NCBI GenBank assembly: GCA_910578985.1 | Contig: CAJTSF010000007.1 | Span: 3,177 to 67,176, forward strand | Origin: an uncultured Odoribacter sp. | GTDB taxonomy: Bacteria; Bacteroidota; Bacteroidia; Bacteroidales; Marinifilaceae | DNA length: 64,000 bases | Reading direction: 5' to 3' | Shown: positions 29,022-38,140 of the stretch, piece after piece | How the letters are laid out: every line of letters starts with the position of its first letter | Position numbering within the stretch: position 1 is the first letter of the stretch | Notes under the pieces: model-generated | The model's database searches: none | Seen by the model: only the letters and a program-made list of their open reading frames with translations | What the model was told of the DNA's origin: nothing | Translations under genes and position numbers: made by a program

Positions 29022-29134
29022 GTTTCAATAAATATTAGTCATTCCATTGTAAACGTTTTCAGCCTAAAAGGCGCGTAAAGTTAGTTTTTTTTCCATTGCA
29101 ACGAAAATCCTCGGGACAAAAATTTACGCCAAAT

Positions 29135-29330
29135 GTACTCTTCCTCGTACCACTTATCCCTAAGTTGCGCCATACTTCCCTGCCCATTGCGTCGTAGTTG
29201 GGTCGGGGCAGCGTCGGACTTCGGTCGCTCCCAACCGAACGAGCACCGAACGAGTACCGAAGAAGCACCGAAGAAGAGGGCAAGAAAGTATGGCGCAACT
29301 TAGGGGCGAATTAGGGCAGAGTATGCTGTC
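29135..29330. repeat. Element E2: 28-bp inverted repeats (26/28 complementary) flanking a 92-bp core, with 11/22-bp phasing
   Basis: The left IR is ccctaagttgcgccatacttccctgccc (29158..29185). The right IR is gggcaagaaagtatggcgcaacttaggg (29278..29305). accgaa starts at 29234, 29245, 29256 and 29267 (exact 11-bp period). cg-initiated 22-mers start at 29146, 29168, 29190 and 29212. Confidence 0.8.
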
Positions 29331-29340
29331 TAAAGGAAAT

Positions 29341-29380
29341 AAAAAAGCTGTCACGATTCATTTGTTGTCTCGTAACAGCT
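29341..29380 (-). terminator. Rho-independent terminator downstream of tRNA-Ser
   Basis: The minus strand reads agctgttacg..loop..cgtgacagc followed by tttttt. The stem is 10 bp with one G-U pair. Confidence 0.7.
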
Positions 29381-29391
29381 TGGTTCTCGGG

Positions 29392-29479
29392 CGGAAAGAA
29401 GGGGATTCGAACCCCTGATACCCTTTAGAGGTATACACGCTTTCCAGGCGTGCCAGTTCAACCACTCCTGCATCTTTCC
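29392..29479 (-). tRNA. tRNA-Ser (anticodon GGA)
   Basis: Folded by hand; 88 nt. Acceptor stem GGAAAGA/TCTTTCC plus discriminator G. Anticodon arm CACGC-CTGGAAA-GCGTG. Long variable arm ATACC..GGTAT. T-arm AGGGG-TTCGAAT-CCCCT. ORF 29351..29650 overlaps it and is spurious. Confidence 0.93.
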
Positions 29480-29561
29480 TCGGTTGAATGGCGCAAAGGT
29501 AGTATAAAAAGCGAAAAGCGGAAAACAAAAAGCAAAAATTATTCTTCCCTGCCGTTTTTTT

Positions 29562-31901
29562 TTAGAAGGGATAACCGATAGCGATATTGAGCACCAGCCC
29601 TTTCCAGAATTTTCCGGCGATATTATAGTAGCCGGATTTGCCCGTATCATAGGGTGCGTGGAGGGGAATACCCACGTCGGCGCGCACGACGATAAAGGAA
29701 AAATCGTAACGCACTCCGAAGCCCGTGCCCAATGCCAGCTCCTTGGGCAGTCCCTTCAAGCCGATGCGCCCGCCGGGGCGTTGCTCCTCGCCGCGCAGCA
29801 GCCACACGTTTCCCGCATCCAGGAAGAGGGCGCCTTTCAACTTTTCGTAAAGGGTGAAACGGTACTCGACGTTCCCCTCCAGTTTGATGTCGCCCGTCTG
29901 GTCGAGGTAAGAGTATTTGGTCGCGACGGGATGGTAACTTCCCGGTCCGATGGAGCGCACCTGGAAAGCGCGGATGCTGTTCGCGCCGCCGATATAAAAC
30001 TGCTCGCTGTAGGGCATCACGCGGGAATTGCCGTAAGCATAGCCGATGCCTCCCATGATCCGGACCGCAAGCTGGTTCTTGTCATTGACCGTCTTGTAGC
30101 CGATGAGTTCCGTGGTCAGTTTCAGGAACTGCGAATAGCGGTTGTTGAGGAAGCGTTTCCCCTCTCCCGCCCGATTGCCGCACAAGCGCTGGAAGCCGGC
30201 GATGATATTGCCCGCCTGGGTGAAAGAGCTTTGCCAGAAAAGACGGTTGGGATTCCGGTAGGTGGCAGGGCGGTCGTAAGTGTAGGTGTAGGACATGGAG
30301 GGTATGAACTGGTTGTTGAAACTCTTCGCCACGGTCGGATTGCGCACCGTCACCGAATCAAACGCCTGGGAGGTCTTCAGCAGGTAGGTGTAGTTCAGTT
30401 TGAAAGGCACCACGGAGTGATGGTGCACCGGGGAAGAGTTGAAGTCGTACGTCGCGCTCCCCCAGAAAGAAATCATCCGGAAATAGTTGTGCCGGTTCAT
30501 GAGATCCGTCCCGATCTGGAAATGCGTCTGCTCGCGCAGGTCGCGTTTGCTCTGCATGAAACGCGGTATCAGGAGGCGGGGCACCGAGAGGTTGATATTC
30601 AGTCCCAATTCATAGGAATTCATCAGACCGCGGTTGCCGGTCGCCTGGCGGTTGCCCCCGATTTGCCATTCGTAAGAACCGGTGAGCTTCACGGAGAATA
30701 TCTCCGCGCGCTTGAACATGTTACGGTTCGTCACCCCGAAAGTCAGTCCGGGTCCCAAGAGGTTGTTTGATTTGGAGGAGACATCCATCTCGATTTCAGT
30801 CTCTATCGGGAGGGCAAACTCGCCGTTGATGCGCATGTCCAGTCCCGGTACGGCTGCCGTGTCGGAGGCGGAAATGGTCATGTTGGCAAATTTAAAAACG
30901 CCCAGTTGCACGAAGTTCGCCTGGGTGCTGTTCTGCCGCACGGCGGAGTAGGTGTCGCCCGGACGCACTTTGACCGCCCGCATCAGCACATTGGGTTTCA
31001 GGGTGACGGGCGGGTCGTAAACGATTTTCACCCCGTCCTCCACCAATGTATCGCGTTCCGCCGTCCCGTCATTCCTCTCCAGGTTCACCTCCACGCTCTT
31101 CAAGCGGTACGGCCGCAAGGCATTCTCCGGCGTCCCCTGCTTCAGGGCAATCCGAACGTCCGCCACCTTACGCCCCGCCAAAGTGTCCATCAGGAATTCC
31201 ACGTGCCCGGGCTGGAAGAAATAGTATCCGTTGTTGCGCAAGCGGGCAGCCAGACGCTGCCTCTCCGCCTCCATCAGGTTCACATCGTAACGGTCTCCAG
31301 ACTTCAATTCGGTGAACTCCATCGAAGGGCGCACAATGGAATCCATTGCCGGAGGCCACCCCCACAGGCGAATATCCCCGTAGCGGAAAGGCTCCGGCAA
31401 TTCCACCCGGTAACTGATGCGCGCTTTCTTCGGATTATGTTTCCTGGGAATGATTTCATAGCTCGTGCGGGTACCGAAAAAGCCGAAATCCTTCATGTTG
31501 TTCTCTACCATCTTCAAGCACAACTCCGGCTTCACATCGGAAACCAGAACGGGTTTCACCGACAGCTTCCTGTAGAGCCACCATTTCAATCCCTTTTCCT
31601 TCCGGATATCCCAATTATACACCCACAGCCCCAAGGCGAAGGGCGAACGGATATACGGGGTGTATAAAGAGTTGTTGGGCTTCACCGACAGGGGACCCGA
31701 AACGGCGGCACTCTGCTTGCCGTTCAGCTTGACCTTCTCGGGCAGCTCCACTTTTATCTTCTTCACGCCGACATAAAGCACCTCCCCCTCCGACAATTTA
31801 CGCGTCGTCGAACAGGATGCCAGGCAGAACACCAGGCAGAAAGCCAGTCCTGCCGAAAACAACCGCCAAGCGGTCCTCCGTTTCATTGTCACACTACTCA
31901 T
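29562..31901 (-). CDS. BamA/TamA-family outer-membrane protein (Omp85 superfamily)
   Basis: 779 aa with a lipoprotein-type signal (..FCLASC) and a C-terminal Omp85 barrel ending ..NIAIGYPF. Its start overlaps the stop of the TamB-like gene (ATGA). Confidence 0.85.
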   Translation of the reverse strand: MSSVTMKRRTAWRLFSAGLAFCLVFCLASCSTTRKLSEGEVLYVGVKKIKVELPEKVKLNGKQSAAVSGPLSVKPNNSLYTPYIRSPFALGLWVYNWDIRKEKGLKWWLYRKLSVKPVLVSDVKPELCLKMVENNMKDFGFFGTRTSYEIIPRKHNPKKARISYRVELPEPFRYGDIRLWGWPPAMDSIVRPSMEFTELKSGDRYDVNLMEAERQRLAARLRNNGYYFFQPGHVEFLMDTLAGRKVADVRIALKQGTPENALRPYRLKSVEVNLERNDGTAERDTLVEDGVKIVYDPPVTLKPNVLMRAVKVRPGDTYSAVRQNSTQANFVQLGVFKFANMTISASDTAAVPGLDMRINGEFALPIETEIEMDVSSKSNNLLGPGLTFGVTNRNMFKRAEIFSVKLTGSYEWQIGGNRQATGNRGLMNSYELGLNINLSVPRLLIPRFMQSKRDLREQTHFQIGTDLMNRHNYFRMISFWGSATYDFNSSPVHHHSVVPFKLNYTYLLKTSQAFDSVTVRNPTVAKSFNNQFIPSMSYTYTYDRPATYRNPNRLFWQSSFTQAGNIIAGFQRLCGNRAGEGKRFLNNRYSQFLKLTTELIGYKTVNDKNQLAVRIMGGIGYAYGNSRVMPYSEQFYIGGANSIRAFQVRSIGPGSYHPVATKYSYLDQTGDIKLEGNVEYRFTLYEKLKGALFLDAGNVWLLRGEEQRPGGRIGLKGLPKELALGTGFGVRYDFSFIVVRADVGIPLHAPYDTGKSGYYNIAGKFWKGLVLNIAIGYPF

Positions 31902-34900
31902 GGATTCCTCATATTTGGGTTCAACCGTTCTTCCCGGTTCTTGTTCTTGAACAAATCCTTGAACTTCCGGAAATTCTTTCTCCAGACGATGCCGACACCG
32001 GTACGTACCACCTGCCCGTCCAGCACACTCTCATAATTGGAGTGGCGGAACACCTTGGCGAACAGGTTTCTCTTCTTGGTCATGGTGTATTCGATGGAAA
32101 TGTCGTCCACCAAATTATTCTTCAGACTACCACTTCCATCCTCATTGCCGTCCGTCGAAATACGCCCTCCGATTTTCACCCGCACCCGGTCGTTGAACAA
32201 TTGTCTGGAAAACTGGTAGGTCACGTCCGTGCGGGTGACGTTGTCATCCGTGCCGTGCGCATCGAATCCTACCGTCAGTCCCGCCTTCCGGGTATATTTG
32301 TTCAATTCATTCTCCACCAAACTGTAAAGCGCATTGTTCGCCACATTCACCCCCGAGGAAACGGCTCCGGGCGCCGTGTAAGTATTGTAAATCAATAGAT
32401 TCAACGCCTGTCTTGTCCGTTCCTCCGGCGAGAAGGTCGCCAGTTGGTTCTGGATGACCATATCATTGGGCGCCGACAGGTCAAACGTGATGTCCGGATG
32501 CGCCAGGTTGTTCCGGATGCGGATAATCGACTCGAACAGCACCTGCCGCGCCTGTTCCCCCTCCTCCACGTCCGCCTTCACCTGTTCCGCCGCCGATATG
32601 TTCAGCGTGGGATTCATCGCCATGCCCGTCCACTCGACAAAACTGCCGCTGCTGATGCGGAATTCCTTTTTCCCCACAACAGGCACGCCATACTCCACTG
32701 TCCCGTCCGACAAAATATACTTTCCCGACAGGCTCATCCCGTTTTCGGGACTCATCGCCAGCACCAGGTTCCCGCCGCCCCGGATATCCACCCGGTTGCC
32801 TCCGTCCTCCGACAGGTCCACCCCGGCATGCACGGACTCTCCGATTTCTATCTGCATACGCATCGATACCCCGCCGGCGTTCACCTTCCCGAACGGCTGC
32901 ATCTCCTGTCCCGTCGTATCGCTGAAAGACACGAAACGCACCAAATCCACGCTCTTGTCCACCAGTGCCGTTGCCGAGCTCCGCAGGACATAGGTGATGT
33001 CCGTCGTATTCAGCAGATGCACCTTCCCCGTGATGTCAAGTTCCGAAAAAAGCCCCGATATCTCCGCGTGCACATCCGCATATGCCTTTCCGTAAATCAT
33101 CGACGTGGGATTCTTGCGGACGTTCACGACCTCGAAGTTCCGGGCATCGACAGCCAATTCCATCCCCATGCGCTCAAAGGGCGTCAGACGGATTGCCCCG
33201 TCCAGCACCAACTCACTGCGGTTGGGAGCCATGAAACGGAAAGCGTCAAAAAGTATCCGCCCTTCCTTAATCCATACCGGAACCGTATCCAAACCGAACA
33301 CCGAACCGAGCATCACCATATCCGCCTTGCCTTCCCGGAAAACCAACTTCCCGTCGATTTGCGGCGCATTCAACGTGCCCCGCAAACGCACCCCGCCTGT
33401 CAATATTCCTTTCAGTTGCATCAAATCCAAGGGCAGGAAAGCATTCGCCACATCCAAAGAAAGCGAGGGGAGATCCACATCCAACGACAAAACACCCTCC
33501 TTCCCATCCGTTCCCACCTCTCCTTTCGCCTCCATCTGGCGGACACCGTCCATACTGACCCCGACCCCTATCTCATGCCTCTTGAAACGCTGGTCCACCA
33601 GATACTGCAAATCCACTGCCGGCGAACCCACCCGCTTTCCGTTCACCTCCATGTCCTCGACCGCCACACTCCCCTCCACCCCAATCTGTCCCCTCGTGTC
33701 ATACATCATCATGTCCGCATCCAGTCTTCCTCCCAAATCCGGCATCATCGGCACCATGCCCGACACCTCCGCCAAATCCACGCCCACCAGTTCCATCCTC
33801 AGGCGCTCCCGCTGCTCTCCATCGTCCGGTAGTGACTGTAAATTCACCCGTTTATCCCCGTTCTCCATCCGCAAATTCGCCCGCACCCGCCCTCTCTTGT
33901 CCACCGTCACCCAATTCCCCTCGTTTACCTTCCAGCGGTTATATCCCAACACCGGATTCACCGGAAACAGCCCTATCATAAAAACGGAATCCCTCATCTC
34001 CGCATCCACCCCCAAATCAAAGCCTACACGCCCCTCCGCATCACGCTGCTTCAACTCCATCCGGATGCCTCCCCGCTCTATACGCCCGTTCACCCCTACA
34101 TCCGAAAACCCTTTCCACATCTCCCCTCCACCATGTCCCCGCAGCGAATAAACCAAGCTCTTCCCCACCTGCCAAACTCCTGCCTGCATCGAATCCACCC
34201 GTACCGTCCCCACATATCCTCCCTGCAACGACATTCCCGCACGCAAACCGCTTCTCCGACGCGACACTACGGACAAAGAAAGATGCTTGAAACCCATATC
34301 CCTCACCTTTAAAAAATGAGCAACCGCATTCTGCTCATCCCCCGCAATCTCCAGACTGAAAGGCGGCACCGCCCATCCCACCTCCTCCATATCGGAAACC
34401 CGCTCCTTCACCTGCCTGCCGATGACCTCTGCCACTATCCCCATTCCGGATATAAACTCCGTCAAAGAAGTATCCGCACGGAACTCCATCCTTAAGTCCC
34501 CCGAATGCAATTCCAGGCGGGTATGCAGACTATCCGTAGCCAATTCCATTTTCAAATTTCCCAATTCATCGCTCCTCCTCCCGTCCGCCATCCGTACACT
34601 GTCCAGCTCGACCATCATACTGCCACTCCGTTCCGCATCCAGCATTGCCTCCAAACGAATACCCGCTTCCACCCGCAACGGCTCCGGAACGAAATGCAAG
34701 CGTTGCAAATCCATCATGCCCACATGCCCCTGCACGGACAAAGCATACACTCCATCGACTGAATCCCCCTTGAACACCAACCCCACCGGCACCGCCTCAT
34801 CTTCAGACACCAACGTTCCCCACAGGCGCATACGCCGCAACGATGCCGCCAACGACACATCCCGGTAAGCATATCCCCCGTATTCCAATTCATGTACCTC

Positions 34901-36550
34901 CGCATTCACCTCCGCCCGCATCGTCTCCGGCGAAAAGCCTTGTCCCGTGAAACGGACACCGGCAGACACATGCCCCAGCGAATCCTCCGGCAAAAAACGA
35001 TATAAAGGGAAACGGCTCACCAACAACTCTCCATCATAGACCTCCGTCCCCGGACGATAAAAACCGTCCAATGCTAGACACCCTTCCGAACAACAAAACC
35101 GCACATCCCCCCGGTACTCTCCCTCCTCCATCCATACCTTTGCCGACAACTCCATCCCCCGAGGCAGCTCCACTCCCATCCCCTCCAACCATACCCCCGC
35201 AAACGACACATCCTCCAACTCACCCCGCACCTCCATCTCACCCCGCATCCTCTCCCTCTCTCTCCAACCCGACACATTCCCGCTTCCCGTCACCTTCAAA
35301 TGCCCCGGCATTTCCAGCAGCAACTGCCCCACCTTCAAATCTTCCCCGCTCCACAATGCCGAGATACCGACACTCAAACGTTCCCCCCGCAACTCTTCCG
35401 GAAGACCGGAATAAAATACCCCGACATCTTCCATCCCAATCTCCCCGCTTACCGCCACCTGCAAGGGCTCCCTGCCCGGAATATCTTCGAAACCCGCGTC
35501 CGCATCAACCTCCAACCTCAAATGACTATGCCTGGTATGTAAAACTCCGCCCCGAAAAGCCGTCTCCGTCGAATCCAACACCACGCTTCCCTCCATCCCC
35601 GCCAACACCGGTCCTCCATCCCGCACCGCATGCACATCCCTCAACCGTGCACGTACCACCGTTCCCCGGTTATACACTTCCTCCACCTGCACGCCAATGC
35701 CTGACAACACCAACTTTTCTTTCCCTTCCCCCATACGAAAATCACCGTTCTCCAAGCCGACCTTCCCCACCAACACCGTCCACGGCATCCCCGTTCCTTC
35801 CTCCTCCTTCATCATCTTCTCTTCACTCCCTCCCCCCGCCATCCGACACCATCCCCCACTCACCCACACCGAATCCACTCCTACCGTCTGCCCTCCGATA
35901 CCGACCTCCCCGCCTGCCACCCATGCTTCTCCCAACCCCGCCCGCAACTCCGGCATCGAAGGCGTCCGCATCCCGTAAGCCATCCGCACCAATTCCACCC
36001 TCTCCACTCCAATCCTCCACCCTTCCCCCTCCACTTCCTTTTTCTCTGTGTCCTCCTCCGTCCCGTTCTCCCCTTCCATCCATACCCTTCCCCCCTCTAC
36101 CCTCACACTCCCTACTTTCACTCTCCGCTCCCCCCAATTCACCTCCGGCACCCTCGCATCCATCCGCTCCACGTCCACATCCAATTTCATCCCCTCCCCC
36201 CCATCCCCCCACGCCATTCTCACCCCCTCCAACTCAAACCGCCCCACGCTCACCTGCTTACGCCACAATCCTCCTAACCCTACCCGCACACGCAACCTAT
36301 CAAGAGATACCAACGTATCTCCTTCCTTCCTACCCACATATACTTTCTCTAAACGTAAATCCAACGGAAACCCCAACCGGAACCGACCCACACTTATCTC
36401 CACCCCATAGTGCTCCGCCACATACCTCTCCGCCACTCCTTTCACCAACCCTTGCACCGGCGGCAAATACAACAGAAAAACCACCACCAACGGCAACCCC
36501 AGCGTCACCGCCATCACCCACCAGAAATATCTTAAAACCTTCCTCTTCAT
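31898..36550 (-). CDS. TamB-like translocation/assembly module protein (AsmA/DUF490 family)
   Basis: 1550 aa with an N-terminal TM anchor (YFWWVMAVTLGLPLVVVFLLYL) and repetitive beta-rich sequence. The C-terminal DUF490-like region is ..LSRQLFNDRVRVKIGG... It is paired with the Omp85 gene. Confidence 0.85.
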   Translation of the reverse strand: MKRKVLRYFWWVMAVTLGLPLVVVFLLYLPPVQGLVKGVAERYVAEHYGVEISVGRFRLGFPLDLRLEKVYVGRKEGDTLVSLDRLRVRVGLGGLWRKQVSVGRFELEGVRMAWGDGGEGMKLDVDVERMDARVPEVNWGERRVKVGSVRVEGGRVWMEGENGTEEDTEKKEVEGEGWRIGVERVELVRMAYGMRTPSMPELRAGLGEAWVAGGEVGIGGQTVGVDSVWVSGGWCRMAGGGSEEKMMKEEEGTGMPWTVLVGKVGLENGDFRMGEGKEKLVLSGIGVQVEEVYNRGTVVRARLRDVHAVRDGGPVLAGMEGSVVLDSTETAFRGGVLHTRHSHLRLEVDADAGFEDIPGREPLQVAVSGEIGMEDVGVFYSGLPEELRGERLSVGISALWSGEDLKVGQLLLEMPGHLKVTGSGNVSGWRERERMRGEMEVRGELEDVSFAGVWLEGMGVELPRGMELSAKVWMEEGEYRGDVRFCCSEGCLALDGFYRPGTEVYDGELLVSRFPLYRFLPEDSLGHVSAGVRFTGQGFSPETMRAEVNAEVHELEYGGYAYRDVSLAASLRRMRLWGTLVSEDEAVPVGLVFKGDSVDGVYALSVQGHVGMMDLQRLHFVPEPLRVEAGIRLEAMLDAERSGSMMVELDSVRMADGRRSDELGNLKMELATDSLHTRLELHSGDLRMEFRADTSLTEFISGMGIVAEVIGRQVKERVSDMEEVGWAVPPFSLEIAGDEQNAVAHFLKVRDMGFKHLSLSVVSRRRSGLRAGMSLQGGYVGTVRVDSMQAGVWQVGKSLVYSLRGHGGGEMWKGFSDVGVNGRIERGGIRMELKQRDAEGRVGFDLGVDAEMRDSVFMIGLFPVNPVLGYNRWKVNEGNWVTVDKRGRVRANLRMENGDKRVNLQSLPDDGEQRERLRMELVGVDLAEVSGMVPMMPDLGGRLDADMMMYDTRGQIGVEGSVAVEDMEVNGKRVGSPAVDLQYLVDQRFKRHEIGVGVSMDGVRQMEAKGEVGTDGKEGVLSLDVDLPSLSLDVANAFLPLDLMQLKGILTGGVRLRGTLNAPQIDGKLVFREGKADMVMLGSVFGLDTVPVWIKEGRILFDAFRFMAPNRSELVLDGAIRLTPFERMGMELAVDARNFEVVNVRKNPTSMIYGKAYADVHAEISGLFSELDITGKVHLLNTTDITYVLRSSATALVDKSVDLVRFVSFSDTTGQEMQPFGKVNAGGVSMRMQIEIGESVHAGVDLSEDGGNRVDIRGGGNLVLAMSPENGMSLSGKYILSDGTVEYGVPVVGKKEFRISSGSFVEWTGMAMNPTLNISAAEQVKADVEEGEQARQVLFESIIRIRNNLAHPDITFDLSAPNDMVIQNQLATFSPEERTRQALNLLIYNTYTAPGAVSSGVNVANNALYSLVENELNKYTRKAGLTVGFDAHGTDDNVTRTDVTYQFSRQLFNDRVRVKIGGRISTDGNEDGSGSLKNNLVDDISIEYTMTKKRNLFAKVFRHSNYESVLDGQVVRTGVGIVWRKNFRKFKDLFKNKNREERLNPNMRNP

Positions 36551-36599
36551 ACACGCATGACCTATACACCTCCCTTATACGTCCCCACCCCTCCGCAAG

Positions 36600-37319
36600 T
36601 TACACCCCCTGCGTCATCCACCCCTCGGCTTCCCGTACCGCCTCCACCGTTCCCAAATCCAAGAATCTCCCTCCGTAAAAAAACATCCTCACCTCATGCT
36701 CTGCCGCCTGCACCAAATACTCATCGATAATCGAAAACCTCCCCCGTCCTTTCATCCCGCTCAAAAACTCACTGCTTACCACCTGTACCCCGCAAAACCC
36801 ATACCTCCCCGCCTCCTCGAATCCATCTCCCACGACCTTCCTCTCCCCCGTCATACTGTTCTCCCATCCCTTCAGCCTCCCGTCCGCCCCGAATCTCAAT
36901 CCTCTCCCGGGCGCTGCCCCCCTCACCGCCAACGTCGCAAATCCCTCCCCATGCGTCTTTGCCAGCGCCCTCAAATCCATCTCCGTATAAATATCCACAT
37001 TATGCACCATCACCGTCTCCCCTGGCGTAAACAATCCTCTCGCCTTCAACAGCCCTCCGCCCGTATCCAACAACTCTTCCCGCTCGTCCGATACCACCAC
37101 CCCGTCAGCCAGCCAGCCCTCCCGCTGCAAAAACTCCTCCACCTGTTCCGCAAAATGGTGCACATTCACGACAATCCGCCCTATTCCAGCCTCCCGCATC
37201 CTTCCCAATACCCCCTCCAGCAAAGTCTTCCCCCCCACCTCCGCCAATGCCTTCGGCTTCCGGTCCGTCAAAGGACGCAACCGTGTCCCCAACCCTGCAG
37301 CAAATATCATTCCCTCCAT
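36600..37319 (-). CDS. Sugar-phosphate nucleotidyltransferase (NTP_transferase family, MurU/GlmU-N-like)
   Basis: I chose the start at MEGMIFAAGLGTRLRPLTDRKPKAL (G-x-G-T-R-L motif), 1 nt after the response-regulator stop. The exact sugar specificity cannot be read from the sequence. Confidence 0.75.
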   Translation of the reverse strand: MEGMIFAAGLGTRLRPLTDRKPKALAEVGGKTLLEGVLGRMREAGIGRIVVNVHHFAEQVEEFLQREGWLADGVVVSDEREELLDTGGGLLKARGLFTPGETVMVHNVDIYTEMDLRALAKTHGEGFATLAVRGAAPGRGLRFGADGRLKGWENSMTGERKVVGDGFEEAGRYGFCGVQVVSSEFLSGMKGRGRFSIIDEYLVQAAEHEVRMFFYGGRFLDLGTVEAVREAEGWMTQGV

Positions 37320-37320
37320 G

Positions 37321-37992
37321 TCACACCTCCACCATCTTGTTCCGTATTGCATACATCACCAGCGCCGCCGTATTCCGGCAACCCGTCTTGCTCAACAGAT
37401 TCGCCCGATGCTTATCCACCGTCCGCTTGCTGATAAACAACTTATCCGCAATCTCCTGATTGGACAATCCCAGGCACACGTGATACAATATCTCCAACTC
37501 TCTCCCCGAAATCTCACTATCCGACGACTCCACCTTCGCCCCATCCCTCATATTATTCAAAATCCCTCTCAGCAACTCTTCCGAAAAATAACTGTCCCCC
37601 TCCGCCACCGCACGAATTGCCGCAATCACCTTTTCTATTCCCGCGCTCTTCAACACAAACCCTTTCACCCCGGCATCCACCATCTTATAATAATACTGCT
37701 CCTCGCCGTACATCGACAATACGATGACCTTCATCCCCGGTTTCATCCTCAACGCCGCTTCCGTCGCCTCCAACCCATTCATCACCGGCATCTCGATATC
37801 CATCAGCACCACATCACAATCCATGAATGAAAGACTGTCCAAAAACTCCTTTCCATTCGACGCCTCATAAATATGCTGCACAAAATCCTGCGTCGATAAC
37901 AACAACTTTAAACCTTCACGGAACAACTTATGGTCATCCACAATGCAAACCTTCAACTTTCCCGGCTCTTTCATCGCTTTATTTTCTTTCAT
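37321..37992 (-). CDS. Orphan two-component response regulator, NarL/FixJ (LuxR HTH) family
   Basis: I chose the start at MKENKAMKEPGKLKVCIVDDH. The receiver domain has ..DVVLMDIEMPVMNG.., and the C-terminal LuxR HTH has LSGRELEILYHVCLGLSNQEIADKLFISKRTVDKH. No histidine kinase is nearby. Confidence 0.88.
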   Translation of the reverse strand: MKENKAMKEPGKLKVCIVDDHKLFREGLKLLLSTQDFVQHIYEASNGKEFLDSLSFMDCDVVLMDIEMPVMNGLEATEAALRMKPGMKVIVLSMYGEEQYYYKMVDAGVKGFVLKSAGIEKVIAAIRAVAEGDSYFSEELLRGILNNMRDGAKVESSDSEISGRELEILYHVCLGLSNQEIADKLFISKRTVDKHRANLLSKTGCRNTAALVMYAIRNKMVEV

Positions 37993-38015
37993 CGCGCCAC
38001 ATTTTAAACGCATTA

Positions 38016-38073
38016 CATCCCGCAAACATAAGATTTCAGTCCCAAAATTCCAAACAATACGTTCATTAAAAAT
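38016..38073 (-). promoter_or_regulatory. Promoter block copy A (-33 TTTG, -7 TAtgTTTG), duplicated at 49608..49665
   Basis: 49/58 identical, ungapped, to copy B. The minus strand reads ..attgTTTGgaattttgggactgaaatctTAtgTTTGcgggatg. The -7 box is at 38023..38030, 31 nt from the ATG. Confidence 0.6.
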
Positions 38074-38100
38074 CCGGTGGATAGTATCCACCGGATTTTC
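38067..38100 (-). terminator. Rho-independent (bidirectional) terminator after the thioredoxin-like gene
   Basis: aatccggtgg / atagtat / ccaccggatt forms a 10-bp stem flanked by an A5 run and a T4 run. Confidence 0.75.
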
Positions 38101-38140
38101 ATTCACATGCGTTATTCTATAAAACAAATTCACTCCATCA

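Noticed and set aside
29158-29305. Invertible (phase-variable) promoter flanked by inverted repeats, as at Bacteroides capsule loci. I also considered this for E3, upstream of the flippase.
   Set aside because: Neither the 92-bp core of E2 nor the interior of E3 contains a TAnnTTTG box in either orientation. No invertase gene is nearby, and the segments are shorter than known invertible promoters.
29022-29340. Glycine riboswitch upstream of gcvP (also checked upstream of gcvT, 20835..20950). The repeated caccgaag words resemble the ACCGAAGG core of the glycine aptamer.
   Set aside because: Those words are on the plus strand, which is antisense to gcvP. On the correct strand I find no GGAGAG...ACCGAAGGGGCAA...CUCUGGAGAG pattern. 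The gcvT leader is only about 46 nt. An Infernal search with RF00504 would settle this.
29351-29650. 99-aa minus-strand ORF.
   Set aside because: It overlaps the tRNA-Ser gene and the 3' end of the Omp85 gene, and I see no support for it as a coding sequence.
35071-36678. 535-aa proline/serine/threonine-rich plus-strand ORF, with several smaller ones in 32444..34151.
   Set aside because: They are antisense to the TamB-like gene, extremely low in complexity, and have no start context. I treat them as shadow ORFs.
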